Assembly: GCF_001194135.2 (NCBI RefSeq) | Contig: NC_068993.1 | Span: 27,630,465 to 27,691,523 of the forward strand | From: Octopus bimaculoides | Lineage: Eukaryota | Direction of reading: 5' to 3' | Length of the DNA: 61,059 nt | Part shown: positions 12,503-26,876 of the stretch, in pieces | Position numbering within the stretch: position 1 is the first letter of the stretch | How the letters are laid out: each line of letters begins with the position of its first letter | Translations under genes and position numbers: made by a program | The notes under the pieces: model-generated | What the model was told of the DNA's origin: nothing | What the model saw: only the letters and a program-made list of their open reading frames with translations | Databases searched by the model: none

Positions 12503-12767
12503 TGTAGCGAGGCACAAAGAAGCCAGCGTCATTTTGAAACAGCGAGATCTCGTCTGCAACCATTGCCATACGAGAGACAAAAACGAGATCTTGCCTGTAA
12601 CCATTATTTAAGGAAAAGATAACATTTTCCCTCTCACTCTTCTCACGCTAACTCCGAGCAAGACTTCGAAGGCAGGAGCCCATAGCGGACATTTGTGAAT
12701 AAACGGTCATTGAATTTACTCCGCCTGAGAACTTCATTCTTCGTATTTCCAGCTCCTTGAATCAACA
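12503..12767 (+). mobile_element. Possible solo LTR
   Basis: TGTAGCG...AATAAA...TCAACA with an internal 22-bp direct repeat (cgagatct.g.ctg.aaccatt); no matching TSD found. Confidence 0.35.
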
Positions 12768-13319
12768 GGATAATTATAATGGAAGAAGAAGATACCCCAA
12801 AAATATCTTAAAATATCAGCGGCCGAAAGCTTCTATCGATGTTAAAATGGCTCACCCGAACGAAGAACTGAGTTTCTAAATGCAGCAACGAGAGGACATA
12901 TTTCAAGAATGCCGGCCATCAACTTTACAGCCTGAGTTTGAATAAGAAAGTTTCGCCATCGTTACAATTCCTAAAAGAATGAGCTTCACACCTTATCTTC
13001 CAGTTGTTGAATGTTGTAGATATTCCCACTAGCCAGTCGCTTCTCTGTGCCGCGCCTTGTGTCTTTCTATGTTCGTGTGTTCGCTCTATCTCAAAACAGA
13101 AGAGCTGTACAAACTTACACACACAGAAGAGAAGAACCGCAAATTCGTCTCGTTTTCCCCCGAGGTACCACGCTCTGAAGACGAAGTAAACAAACGACGC
13201 TATGTTGAGAAATGACGAAAACTGCTAGGGACTAGCCGGTAAACTTGTAATGACGAGATTGTTTTCTACTGTTTCGTTTTCGCCATTTTTCCAGTTGAAG
13301 CTTACAGCCATCGTTCCCG

Positions 13320-16110
13320 TCTACCGCCATGTTCCGACGCCTCACATGTTGTCAGAGACAGAAAACCCCCCAATTCGCCCGCCAATTTCTGACGCCATCT
13401 TGAAAAAAATGAGGGAACAAATATTTTTTTCAGCAGACTGTAATACAGGTTTGGCAACTAAAAAGAAAAAAAAAGAAAAGAAATTTTTTTTTTCTTTCTG
13501 CACACAGTACAAAAAAGTCAAAAATTTTGTTAAGAAAATTTTTTCTGCACTTACGTTTATTATTCCAACAACACTTTTGTCGGTTCTTTGGTCCTTTCTC
13601 TGTGAGAGTTTTGTACAATCCCATACGTTTTTTCCTTTTTCCTTTCTTTCCTCTGTAAAAGATGAGTCTTCCCAACTTGCCCGCATACTCTGGTGGCGTC
13701 ACACTTTGGTTTCTTCAATTGAATGCATATTTTTCCGCCCATGCTGTGTCTCACCAATAGCAACTGAACCTTTTGTATTGTAGAATGCCTTCACCTCTTG
13801 CACGCTCAGTGAAAGAGCTCAACACCGACCCACATCTGGATACGACTTACGCGTCCGTCAAATCCGAGATTCTCCGTCGGAACACACAATCCGCGGAGAG
13901 TAAATTCCGGACACTGATGCCGGATGAACACCTAGGAGACAGGACACCATCTGAGTTTCTTCGTCGGTTGCGAGAACTTTGCGACACCGCCAAGGAAATT
14001 GTTTTTCTCTCGTTTACTGCCGAATGCCCAATCGATACTTGCCACAACGGTCGACTCCAATTCGCTCGATCAGATAGTCACCATGGCGGACAAGCTCATA
14101 GAGTTTACTGTGCAGCCCGCACCTCATCTTACCTGCTCGGACTTCCCCTATTATAAAGTCTCCAGCCACGTCACATGACGACATTTTGGAGAGTTGATGC
14201 ATTAACACGTCGCATGGACACATTGTGGCGAGAACACGTCAGTTTTCGTCGTCCTCGCAGCAGAAGCCGTTCTAAGCCATAGTCGTCTAGTTCTGCTCCA
14301 ACGGTTTCCAATCTCTGCTGGCACAATGCCAGATTTAAGGACAAAGCCCGTCGATGCATCCAGCCCTGTTCGTTCAAGCTGTCGGGAAACTAGTTGCGGA
14401 AGATTTGGGCACGTCAATTTCTTCCCGCAATTTTTCATCTCATCGTGCATTCTTTGTTAAGGACCGTGTGTCTAACGAATCGTTCATGGTTGACCCTGGA
14501 TCCAGTTGTTCTATTTGGCCTTTGCGTCTTACTTCAGACAAACCGAAGCAATCTGCCATTAACCTGCACGTGGTGACTCTATCCCCGATAAAAACTCATT
14601 AAACCTATATCTCAACCTTCGAAGGGATTTTAGGTGGGTTTTTGTTATAGCAGATCTACCATTCACATTCTGTGCGCGGACTTCTTAAACCACTTTCACT
14701 TGTTAGTAGATGTCAGGCGACAGAGACTTGTGAACGATTCTACGTCTTTCTTTTCGCCTTCAGCCCGTCATTTTTTGTCACCACTGCTGGAGATCAGTTC
14801 CACTCTCTTTTGGCTTCTTCACCAGAGCTGGTAGATCCGACTTTCATTCAGTCAAAGTTACACTCTCGACTCGCCATTATATTAATACTTTTGGACCACC
14901 CGTTTGTTCACGTCCACGGCGACTCGCCCCTAATCGGCTGAAAAAGGCTCGATCTGAGTTTAAGCATATGCTTCAACTCGGCCTTATTCGCCCCTCCACT
15001 AGCCCTTGGGCATCTCCTATTCATTTGGCACGGAAAGGGGATGAGATACGTTTGAATGCGGTCAGTGTTTCCGATCGCAATCCGATAAGGAATCTCCAGG
15101 ATTTTTCTTCAAACTTGCATAGTTGTACTGTTTTTTCCAAGGTTGACCTCATCTGGGCTTATCATCAAATTCCGATGAACCTTGCCGACATTCCAAAAAC
15201 TGCCGTTACCACCCCTTTTGGAAGTTTCGAGTTCCTGTTTATGAGCTTCGGTTTGCGGAATGCAATGAGTACATTCCAGAGGTTTATTGACGAAGTTGTC
15301 CGTGGACTTGACTGTGTGTTCGCTTACGTGGATGATTTGCTCATAGCTAGCGACACGCGTAAAAATCAACTCCAACACTTATCTCAACTTTTTCAGCGTC
15401 TTTGCACCTTCAATGTGCGAATCAACCTCGATAAGTATGTTTTCGGACAGACCTCTCTGGAATTCCTAGGTCATTATGTCGACTCTAATGTTATTCGACC
15501 TCTCTCCTCCGAAGTCGATGCAATTCAACGCATCTCTCCTCCCACTTCTTTACGCCAACTGCCTCATTTCTTGGGAATCGTCAACTTTTACAGGAGATTC
15601 ATACTTAAATGTGCAGACAAGTTACTTCCCTTGACTCAACTATTGAAAGCAAATAAAAAAAAAATTCCTATCACTTTATCTGCCAAGACATTATTTTCTT
15701 TTGAGTCAATCAAGAAGGAAATAGCTTTTCTTCCTTTGCTCGCACATCCGGTTCCTGATGCTCGTCTCTCCTTAACAGTTGATGCATCGGATTCTGCGGT
15801 CGGTGCCGTTTTACAACGTATCGTCGATAATCAAACTTGACCTTTGGCATTCTTTTCTCGTCAATTAAAGCCAGCTGAACAGCATTACAGTACGTTTGAT
15901 CGTGAACTCTTAGCGATCTACCTGTCGGTTCGTCATTTTCACATCAACTCGAGGGCCGAGGTTTTGTGATTTATACTTGCTCTGTCATTTAAATCGGACA
16001 GACACTCGTCTCGTACTTTTCGTCACCTGGACTACATTTCCTAGTTCATGAGTGACATTCAGCACATACCTGGAACAGAGAACGTACCTCCTGACACACT
16101 CTCTTGTCTC
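13320..16110 (+). mobile_element. Ty3/Gypsy element remnant (gag, protease, RT, RNase H)
   Basis: LGDRTPSEFLRRLREL (gag), FMVDPGSSCSIWP (protease), KTAVTTPFG.FEF..M.FGLRNA.STFQR...YVDDLLIAS (RT), DASDSAVGAVL..PLAFFSRQL...Y..FDRELLAIY (RNase H). Confidence 0.9.
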
Positions 16111-16124
16111 CGTCTCTCGTCTCC

Positions 16125-18300
16125 CTGTGTAAAGTGCCTAACTGGAAAGCCACCGCCCCCGGACCAGATGGGATTCATGGCTTTTGGCTGGTGCATGAAA
16201 GACTAGCAGTACAAATGAATGAGTGTATCAAGAAAGGTACAATCCCCGCGTGGATGGTGACTGGGAGGACAACACTTATAATGAAAGATAGAAGAAAGGG
16301 GAATATTGTAAGGTAGCTACCGTCCCATAGCATGTCTAAACATAATCTGGAAGATACTCACTGGAATATGTGCGGCAAAGACATATACTTTCCTGGTACG
16401 GGAATAAATACTACCAATGTAACAAAAAGGATGTACGAAGAGTTCTCGGAGTATCAAGGATCACCTGGTCATCGATAAAACAGTTTTCAGGCATTGTAAA
16501 AAACATTATACAAACATGTCTATGGCTTGGATTGACTTTAAGAAGGCATATGATATGATGTCTCATTCTTGGATCGTTGAATGCCTGCAGATGTTTGGTG
16601 TTGCAGACAACATCACAAATTTTCTGATGACAGAGTGGAAAACCAAATTGTACTCAAGTAATATATTCCTTGGAGAAGTTAATATTAAAAGGGGAATCTT
16701 TCAAGGTGACTCGTTTTCTCCGTTACTATTTGTAATTGCACTAATACCCATAACATTGACACTTAGGAAAGTTAAGATGGGTTACCAATGTGGGAAAAAA
16801 GGCCCATCACTGAACCATCTTCTGTTTATGGCTGACCTGAAATTGTTTGGGAAATCTGAAAAACAGATAGATTCCTTAACCAAAACAATCCAGAAGTGTA
16901 GTAGGGACATCGGTATGGAATTTGGGATTACCAACTGCTCAGTACTTAATATGAAAAGATGGAAGAAAACAACCTGCAGAGAATTGTAGTTACCATCAGG
17001 AGAGACCATGAGTGAACCCAGCTATAGTGGAGTATTTAGGGATTTGGGAGCTGGATGACATTCTACACAGAGAAATGAAAGTCAAGGTCAGTGAGGCGTA
17101 TTAAAAAAGGGTGAAGATGGTGTTGAAATCCAACCTGAATGCCAAAAATTTGATAACCGCAATGAATATCTGGGCAGTTGCGGTGGTCAGATATAGTGCG
17201 TCCATCCTCAAATGGACTAAGAGGAAATATCAATACTGGATAGAAGGACAATAAAGTTGATGACGCTGCAAACGTAAACAGACTGTATATGAAAATAAAG
17301 AATGGTGGCAGAGGACTAATTAGTATAGACCATTGTATAAGGAGTGAAAGGAGAACGCTTGCCGAGTATTTGATAAATAGTGATGAAGACCTGCTGCAAT
17401 ATGTCGCGAAAAATGTGAGTGTAAATGCAGATGAAATGATGGGCATGGAAAAGTTTAACCAAAGAGCTGAGGAGAAGAGAAAAGGAAACTTTCTTGAAAT
17501 GAGAATTCATGGGCAGTTTGAAAGGAATACAGAGGAATACACGTCAAGGATAACAGAGCATCGTGGGCATTGCTTGAGCGAGATTATTTGAAGCGAACCA
17601 CCGAAAGCCTGATCATTGTTGTACAAGATCAGGCTCTTGCTACCAATTCAGTGAAGTATAACATCTATAAAACTTCTGACACTCAGAAATGCAGACTCTG
17701 TGGAAAAAGTGTGGAAAATGTGACCTACTTAGTAAGTGGATGTGGGAGCCTAGCACAAAAAGAATACAAACGCCGCCACTATAAAATGTGTATGCGTCTT
17801 CATTGGCTCTAATGTCGTAAATACCAATATGAAATAACAGAAAACAGGTAAAATTATGAAGGAGGATGAAAAAGTAACGATACTCTGGGACTATGATTTT
17901 CAGACGGATCGTGTAATCGAATAACGTCGGCCGGATATTGTCATATTCAGTAGGAGAGACAAATACTGTCAGATCATTGATGTAGCCATACTAAACGACA
18001 TGCTGTGAGTAAAGAAGCTGAAAAAAATCACCAAATACTCCGAATTGAAAGTGGAAATGGCAAGATTGTATGGAATGCCAGAGGGTAATGTAAAAGTGAT
18101 ACCAGTGGTGATCGGACCGTTGGACAAAATCCCATTGAAACTTCAAGACTTCTTAAGGCAACTGGAAATTCCATGCATGATTGACGTCTTGCAAAAAGCA
18201 GCCTTATTGGACACAGTATTATCTGTCTGAGATCCTTGTTGTGACTTGACAGATGACTAAAGACTCCGGTGCATTTTTATCTACTCTATGTTACGAAGAA
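16125..18300 (+). mobile_element. R4/Dong-like RLE non-LTR retrotransposon, 5'-truncated
   Basis: PNWK..PGPDGIHGFWL; WIDFKKAYD; RGIFQGDSFSPLLF; LFMADLKL; CRLCG...LVSGC zinc knuckle; RPDIV RLE motif. Confidence 0.85.
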
Positions 18301-18303
18301 GTA

Positions 18304-18522
18304 ATAATAATAATCCTTTCTAGTAGAGGCACAAGGCCTGAAATTTGATGAAGGGAGATAGTCAATTGCATCGACCCCAGTGCGTAACTGGTACTTATTT
18401 GATCGACTCCAAAAGGATGAACGGCAAAGTCGAACTCGGCAGGATTTGAAGTCAAAACAGAAAGACGGAGGAAATGCCGCTAAGCATGTTGCCCAGAGTG
18501 CTAACAATTCTGCCAGCTCGCT
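18304..18522 (-). mobile_element. tRNA-derived SINE, family A, with (ATT)n tail
   Basis: Minus: GCGAGCTGGCAGAATTGTTAGC (A-box-like)...CTTCAAATCC (B-box-like)...tail GATTATTATTA. Homologous to 45120-45355, 47440-47610 and 47861-47915. Confidence 0.8.
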
Positions 18523-18533
18523 GCATGAATAGT

Positions 18534-18535
18534 AT

Positions 18536-18566
<31 letters not shown>
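18534..18566. repeat. (GAT)n microsatellite
   Basis: About 10 GAT units. Confidence 0.95.
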
Positions 18567-18569
18567 CAT

Positions 18570-18980
18570 GACATTCAGCGGAACAAAGTCATAAAGGTGA
18601 TACGACCAGATATCGTACTCATCCATAAAGATGAAAAAGAAGTAGAGATAATAGATATTGCAATACCAGGCGATTTGACGGTGAAATGTAAGGAAACAGA
18701 AAAGATTGAGAAATACCAGCCACTGCGGGACGAGATAGGAAAGTTATAGGGCATGAGGAAAGTAATGGTGATACCAGTGGTAAATGGAGCATTAGGAACA
18801 GTTTTCAAGAGCTTTGAGAAACATATTAAGAACATTGGAGTTGCTGTCGGGCTCGAGGTGATCCAAAAGACAGCATTGATGGGTACAGCTAGCATTCTAA
18901 AGAGAGTATTGTCTCTTTGTTATTGCCTGCTTGCAAGTAAAGAATAACCGGTAATCAAGAATTATCCGAGAGTCTTTCAT
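18570..18980 (+). mobile_element. R4/Dong-like RLE domain 3' fragment
   Basis: IRPDIVLIHKDEKEVEIIDIAIPGD...KIEKYQPL...VIPVV.GALG...QKTAL.GTA.IL; ends at an (AAT)n tract. Confidence 0.8.
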
Positions 18981-19009
18981 AATAATAATAATAATAATAA
19001 TAATAATTC

Positions 19010-21872
19010 AGCTACTTAGGTCTGACATAGAATGTTTAAAAAAAACCTTAAGTTTGACAAGATTATCAAACCTGCAAAAACCTGAAAATTAAGAAAAATA
19101 TATGAAAACCATATTTGACATTGATACCACCATAGTAATCATCAAGCAAAAGGTATGTGCTAAAGCTGCCCGCATAGCAAGGTATGAAAAGCGCGTTAGA
19201 TTTTTCAAGGACAACATGTTCAAAAATAACCCCAAAAGGTTTTACAGGAAGATAGGGAAAACACCAGTTACAGTAAAGTCTGTCCCATCAAAAGAAGTGC
19301 AGGAATTTTGGAATAAAATCTGGGCAGAAGATAAAACACACAATGAAAAGGCCCCTTGGATTGATAGAATATCTACAGACTTAGACTCCTTAGGGGAGCA
19401 AAAGTGGGAGGGGGTCAAGGTAGAAGATATAAGATCTGCTCTCAGGAAGTAAGCAAATGGAAGTCTCCAGGAAAGGATAAAATTCCTAACTTCTGGTTGA
19501 ATGCCTTCCCAGAGAGCCATGAACTGCTAACAAATCTTTACAACAATGTTTTGCAACAACCTAGTATGATTTCCTCTTGGCTAGTTAATGATGTAACATT
19601 CCCACTTCCCCAAAAAATTAAGAAACAAATGAACCAAAAAATTATAGACCCATAACCTGCTTAACAACAATGTATAAAACGCTAACATCTGTCTTGACTG
19701 AATATACCTATAGTTTTTTAATAGAAAGTGGCATATTCTCTAATGAGCAAAAAGGATGTAAACGTGGGTCCTATGACTGTAAAGATCAGCTACTCATCAA
19801 TAAGGTGATCTTGGAAGATTGTCACAAACGACACAAAAACTTGTCAATAGCCTGGATAGACTATAAAAATGTTTTTGATAGTCTACCACATAGCTAGATT
19901 AAGAAATGTCTGGAAATGTATAAAATAGCATCTACACTGCGAAATGTTTTTTCTGTAAGTATGAGATCATGGATAACCACTCTGAATTTGAACAGTGACA
20001 ATGAATTTCTTAATGCTGGAGATGTAAGAATTTCATGTGGCATTTTCCAGGGTGACTCTCTATCACCACTCCTCTTTTCTCTAGCTCTAAAATATCTCTC
20101 GAAATTGCTCAATGATGTACAGTACGGTTATAAAATGTTTCATAAAAATATAAATTATCTCATTTATTAGGATGATTTAAAGCTTTTTACAAAAGATGAC
20201 CAACTACAGGGCTCAATAGCGATTGTTAAACAATTCAGTGATGATATCAGAATACAATTTGGCCTCGATAACTGTGCAAAAGCTACCTTTATCAAAGGAA
20301 AAATGACAGAAACATCTAACGTTAACCTGGACCAACAGAATGTCATAAAGGAGTTAGAACCAGCGGAGAGCTACAAATACCTAAGGGTATTTGAAGGGGA
20401 CGGAATCAAACATTCAGTGATGAGAGAAAGGATCAGAAGAGAATGTTATCGCAGGGCGAGAGTAATAGTCAAGACAGAGCTGAATGCAAGAAGCAGGATC
20501 GAAGTGATCAATATTTTAGCCATACCAGTCGTGACTTACTGCTTCAATATCATTAACTGGTCAATTACTGAAATATGTAATCTTGACAGAAAAATACGAA
20601 AATTGTTGACAATGCATAGAGTGCACCGCTTTAAGGCAGATATAAAACGACTTTGCCTGCCAAGAAAAGAGGGAGGCCGTGGACTTTTACAGCAGAAATT
20701 AACAATGAAGATTGCCACAATTTGCCTAGACACCTAGCTGAAATATTCTGAGGACTGGATGTTAAAACTTGTCTCAAAACACGAAAACAAGAAACCATCA
20801 TACCCAGTAACAAAACAAGCAAAGGAATATATAAGTGAATTCCAAATACAACAAATTCCAGAATTAGAAACAAGCACAGAAAAAGTTAAGTGTATGAAAA
20901 CCCGTGCTAAAACTGCTGCCTTAGATATTTTTACTTATAAATGGCAAGAAAAACCTCTCAATGGCAAATACTCAAAGAGTGCTAATCATGCGGATGTCGA
21001 CAAAGCCCTTACTCATCAATGGTTAATGGCTTCTGGCTTAAAATCAGAAACAGAAGGGTTTATCATAGCAGTCCAAGATCAATGCTTACCTACAAGAAAC
21101 TACCAGGCCAGCATATTAAAGAACGGCAGCTGCCCAGCATGTTGTGTATGCAAACAGCAAAATGAAACCATTGATCATGTTGTCTCCGTGTGCAGTCCTC
21201 TTGCGCCTACAGAGTATCTCAACAAGCATGACTGAGCTGCACAATATATTCACTGAGTAATTTGCAAAAACCTGGACCTACCCCATGATAAAAACTGGTG
21301 TGAACACACCACCTCCAGTGCTTGAAAATGATCACATCTTACTCCTCTGGAACTTCACCATTCAAACTGACAGAAAGATAAATGCAAATAGGCCAGACAA
21401 AAATCATACCTCCTCATTGATATGACTGTCCCAATCAGCATAAATGTATCTGTCAAGACCTACCCAAAACTGAGCAAGTATTGGGTAGGTCTTGAAATAG
21501 AAATTGGCAAAATGTGGAACCTCAAGACTAAAACAATACCTGTTGTCATAGGTGCCTTGGGAGTGATAGTAAGAGGGGCTGATTGCTACCTAGCTCAGAT
21601 ATCAGGAAACCCCCAAAATAGCAGTAATTCAAAAGATAGTGTTCATGGGAACTGCCCTTATCCTACTGTCTATGTAATCTCAAATTTTAAAACAAACTCA
21701 TAATTTTCTTGTTTTCTTAAACATTCTTTAAAACAAGACTATGTACAAAACCAAATATATGACACCCTAGGTATAATACCAACATGAACTTCTAACTTGT
21801 TGTCTCTTGAGGTCCCTAGGTGAGACTTGGAGACAACTTGTACAAATACAAAGCAAAAGTCAAACATATAAG
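19010..21872 (+). mobile_element. R4/Dong-like RLE non-LTR retrotransposon (degenerate)
   Basis: KWKSPGKDKIPNFWL; EQKGCKRGS..CKDQLLIN; WIDYK..FDS.PH; GIFQGDSLSPLLF; C.VCKQ..ETIDHVVS.C; KTIPVVIGALG; ends at an (AAT/AAC)n tract. Confidence 0.85.
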
Positions 21873-21899
21873 AATAATAACAACAACAACAATAATAAT

Positions 21900-24715
21900 C
21901 GCTACCTCATATGAGTGACAATGAAAAAACAAAATATTGTAAATAACGGTAGTAATGAAACTGAAGCCACTGATGGTGACACTGTTACACCCGGTAGGTT
22001 CAGAGATTCTGATCCAGCTCTAGACTGTCGATATTCAGAAAGGGACCACCATACATAGCGTAGATGGAGCAAGCAAATTATTGCTATGGTCATGGAGTGT
22101 TACTACCCGAGCAACCCGGTAGATGAAAATGGTACTCAAATTAGGGATTACCGACAACATATGTATGATCATTGGAGAGAAAGGGGATTGTTTTAACTCA
22201 CGGAACAGAGACTATGTGACCAAGCTAGAGTAATAAGAAAAACTTGTTGGTTCACAGAAGTAGAGCTCGAAGCTATCAAAAGACGGTTCATGGAAAATAG
22301 TAGCAGAGATAACAATGAAAATACAGTTCTTACTAATAAGAGTAATCCCATAGCACAGGAAATGAGCAGTGGTAGTTTACTTGATGAGAGACATATAGTT
22401 GATCTAAAAGAAGGCAATAAAACTAATAGCGACATGACAGATGAACAAAAGGCAATCTACGACAGAATAAAGGCAAGACTACAGGAGAACGATAGCGACA
22501 TTATTTGCAACCTTAAAAAGGTTGATAGATAGAAATTGAACCAAGAAACGAAAAATGTCAATGCAATTCTGAAATACATCAGAACAAACAACATCACAGA
22601 AACAAATAATTTGATCAAGGCAGCGAGTATTGTTGTTGCAGATAACGTGGGTGTTGATGTCAAAAAAAAAGGAACATAATGGGAGTTACTAAAGAAAAGA
22701 TGCATGGTGGAAAAGAAGAACCCAGACACGGTTAGACATGTTCTCGAAGGAAATCTCTGTGCTAGACCGAAAAGAGAAGGTGGAGCTTACAAGCGATCAA
22801 AAATACAGGGCGCTGAAAAGGAAGTATAATATTGAAAGAAAGGGCCTGAAAGTAGTAGTGGAGGAAATGAAACAGCACTTCGTTGCAAAGAAAGCAAAGA
22901 TGGTAAGATACGACCAAAGAATGAAGGGTTACCACCAGAATAGGTTATTCAGAGTAGATCAGAAGAGATTCTATAAAGAAATAAATGGAGTATGCAAATG
23001 TAAAGTTGATACCAGATAACATTGAAAGTCAAAGGTTTTGGAGTGACATCTGGAGCAAAGACAAGGAGCACAAGAAGTATTCTGAATGGATGCAAGAACT
23101 GAAACAAACAGTAGTCTTCAAAAACAGGCAGAACTAGTCATTTCAGTTAGGAAAGTGAAGGAAATTAGCAAAAAGACGAGCAACTGGAAAGCCCCGGGGC
23201 CAGATGGAGTTCAAGGCTACTGGATCAAAATATTTGGTGAATGGCATGCACGAATAGCTGCGCAACTCAACACCTTGTTAAATGCCGACCAAGTAACACC
23301 AGAGTGGTTGACATTGGGTAGGACAATGCTGTGCCTGAAAGACATCGAAAAAGGCAATACGTTTGCCACTTATATGAAAGTTATTGACTGGAATAATCAC
23401 AGGGTCAATGTACGAACATCTGTAAAAAAATGGAGTCCTGCCAAATGAGCAGAAGGCTTGCAAGCTTAATTGCAGAGGTATCAACTCCTGATAAACAAAA
23501 CTGTACTTAGAGATTGCAAGAGGAGGAAAACTAACTTAGCCATGTCATGGATCGACTATCGTAAGGCGTAAGGCGTACGCTATGATCCCATATTCTTGGA
23601 CTATGGAGTGTATGAACTTATTTGGTATTGCATCGAATGTGGAGCGATTGCTTGGAAAAAGTATGGCGAATTGGAGGACGGACCTGACAGCATACGGAAG
23701 AAGTTTAGGGACAGTAGAAATTAGGAGGGGCATCTTCCAAGAGGACTGCCTGTCCCCACTGATCTTTGTACTGTGCTTGATACCACTAACACTGACTCTG
23801 AGGAAAGCAAAAGCTGGGTATGTATTCAAAAGCCGCAAACAAAAAGTCAACCATTTGTTATTCATGGATGACTTCAAACTTTATGGTAAAGATGAAGCCC
23901 AAGTCAGTTCCGTTGATACGGAGTATACTTTCAGTGCTGATATAATGGAGTTCGGACTGAGAAAGTGTGGTGTGTTAGTCTTGAAGAGAGACAAAATCAA
24001 ATGTATGGACGGGCTAACGATACCGTCGGGGGAGGTTATGAAGCAGATGGAAGAGACGGGCTATAAGTACTTGGGGATCTTGGAAATGGATAAATTGATG
24101 GAGAAAGAAATGACAGAAAAAAATTAAGGTGGAGTACTTGCACAGACTGAGACCGATCCTTAAGTCGAAATTAAATGGACGGAATAAAATCGAAGCTATC
24201 AAACCTGGGCGGTTTCACTCCTTAGATATGGGGCAGGGGTAATCGCATGGACAGTAGGCGAATTAAAAAGCTTAGACAGAAAGACAAGGAAGTTGCTAAC
24301 TAGATATGGGTCACTCCACCCAAAAAGTGACACAGACAGACTGTATGTACCAAGAAAAAGAGGGGGAAGAGGACTTATTGGATGCGAACACAGCATTAGA
24401 GCAGAAGAAAACAACATAGCATGGTATGTAAAAAATGCCACAGAACTGCTATTATTAGAAGTAAGAAATCAGGCTTTTGTAGGATGAAAAATTGCAAAGA
24501 TAAAGCACTATACAAGAAATTGAAAACGAATGAAACTGAAAATAGATGGGCAAAGAAAAGAATGCATGGTCAATTTCATAGGGGTGTTGAAAATAAGACA
24601 GACAGAGAAAAAAGATGGCTGTGGATGACTAAAAGTGATTTAAAACCGGAAACGGAGGCTCTAATCTGTGCTGCCCAAGAACAAGCACTAAGAGCAAACC
24701 TGAAAGCATCGTCAA
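21900..24715 (+). mobile_element. Near full-length R4/Dong-like element (degenerate)
   Basis: N-terminal TEQRLCDQARVIRK..W; NWKAPGPDGVQGYWIK; WIDYRKA; RRGIFQEDCLSPLIF; LFMDDFKL; LYVPRKRGGRGL; LK.ETEALICAAQEQAL. Confidence 0.85.
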
Positions 24716-25300
24716 AAATAGAAATGCAAAGAACATATGGGATTTTATGATATAGTGCGGTTCTGACCCTCAATGCAGATTCTGTGATATATTTGATGAA
24801 ACAATAAAGTATCTCGTCTCGGGGTGTCCTGTGCTGACACCAACCGAATACAAGAATCGCCACGATAGGGTAGGACAGTATTTACATTGGAAAATATGTA
24901 AACACTACAAAATCAACTCTCCTGCTTACTGGTATGAACATCAACCTAAGCCAGTTGTTGAAGGTAAAAATGTCACTTCCTCTGGAAGTTTACAGGCAAA
25001 TCGACCAGACATAGAGATTAAAGACAGGGAAGGAAATACTTGTAGACTAATGGATGTGAGTGTTCCTACTGATAAAAATGTATCTATAAAGGAATTTGAC
25101 AAATTAAGTAAATATAAGGACCTGGAAATTGAAATACAAAAGGTATGGTATCTTAAAGCGAGAACTCTTCTTGTTATGATAAGAAAGGGATGTCAAAAAT
25201 ATCTAGGTAATATCTCTGGAGAACTATGTCTCAAAGAAATCTAAAAGATTGTGTTGACAAGTACTGCCCACGTCCTTAGAAAAACCCTATCAATTTAAGT
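24715..25300 (+). mobile_element. 3' part (zinc knuckle and RLE) of another R4/Dong-like family
   Basis: EYKNRHDRVGQYLHWKICKHY; ANRPDIEIKD...LMDVSVP.D; KLSKYKDL. Its 3' end is repeated again at ~25510-25690 after an (AAC)n tract. Confidence 0.75.
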
Positions 25301-25699
25301 GTCTATGTTGTATTACATGAAGATATTTCGCTACTGCCCCTGCCACTTCCCCTCCCAAGCTTTCAGTCATACTGTAACATCTCTTATCCTTCACTCGTCC
25401 TAGGACGCTGGTTGTGTCTAAGCAAGTTATTGTCAGAAACATGCAGATTAAAAGTAAAAAAGAAGAACAAGAACAACAACAACAACAACGATGACAACAA
25501 CAACAACAACCTGGAAATCGAATTACAAATATATTCAAGTTTTCTTGTAGGTATACTAGGTATGATAAAAGAAAAAGATATCAGAAACATCTAGACAACA
25601 CCTCAGGAGAACTCTCAAAGAAATCCAAAAGATTGTTACGAGAAGTATTGTCCACCACCTTCGAAAAGCCCTATTAATTTAAATGTTTGTGTTGTATTA

Positions 25700-26060
25700 T
25701 ATGAATGTATTTCCGTACTACAATCTCCAAGTATTCAATTACATTTCAACATCCCTTAACCTTCATTTGCCCGAGGGCATGTTTGATTGCATCAAAAATT
25801 CAGATTAAAAGAAGAGAAAATACTAATTTCCGTGTTTTCGTATCCGTACTCATCAGTTCAATCTTTTGCCAGTTTATGATTCCAGCTCCATACCTAAGTG
25901 ATGTTATCGCTCATGTATTTACCGCTTGGATTTTATTCTGCGGAAATGTTCTTCTTCATCTGTTCTTCCATTTTCTTTCTTCGTGATTCCATTGAACTCT
26001 AGAATGCCAGGGTACTTATAACTTTTCTTTTTAATCTGTTTCATTACATCTCTATTTGCC
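25700..26060 (-). mobile_element. Inverted fragment of an R4/Dong-like RT-thumb region
   Basis: Minus reads YKYPGILE...AITSLRYGAGII, homologous to 24060-24250. Confidence 0.65.
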
Positions 26061-26234
26061 AATTGATATACATACTCGCACGCGCACATACATACATACG
26101 TACATACATACATACATACATACATACATACATACAAACCACAAAGGAGAACGCTACTTCGAAGACTACAGATCTAATCAATCATTGGAACTGTAAAAAT
26201 CTGTAAAACTTTCCAGAAGTTATCATTCAAATAT

Positions 26235-26876
26235 ATGGAAGTGAAAAAGGAGCATATACAGTATATTTTGCTTTATGAGTTCATTAAAGGCAACAACGCA
26301 ACGAAATGTGCGAGGAATATTAATGCAGTATTTTGGAATCGGGCGTAAGCCAGTGTCAACGGTGGTTCAAGAAATTCCGAGCCGGAAACTACAGCCTAGA
26401 CGACGATCCTCATCCTGAAAGATCTGCAGAGCTCGAGAAGGACGTCCTGTAAACCCTGGTGGAACAAAACCCCATCGTAACTTCTGGGGCTTGAGTGACT
26501 TAAGTCGGCGCTAGAAGAAAAATGACTTTCAAAATGGAGAGTGTTCTTCCATCAGGATAATGCTCGGCCACATACAGTGAGGATGACATTCCAAAGGCTG
26601 GAGCGGTTTGAATAGGAAATGATGCCCCACCAACCATATTCGCTGGACATTGCCTCATCTGATTTTCATTTGGACGAGGAAAGTGAGAATTCTGTAGACG
26701 AGGTCAGAACAGTACTGGGGGAGTATTTTTCGTTATGGACAGTTGAATTTTGGAAGAGGGGCCTTGTAAGTCTACCAGATAAATGGAGAGTATATTTCAA
26801 ATTAAAAAAGAACTTAATTTTAATTTTGAAAAATAAAAGAAGATAAAAAAACATTATTTATGGGATGACCCAATAT
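26235..26876 (+). mobile_element. mariner (DD34D) remnant with right TIR
   Basis: HIQYILLYEF.KG.NA...CQRWFKKFR.G; HQDNARPH; PHQPYS.DIA.SDFH; right-end TTATTTATGGGATGACCCAATA. Confidence 0.8.

Noticed and set aside
13170-13225. CTGAAGA...GAAA spacing suggesting a hammerhead
   Set aside because: Stems I-III do not pair.
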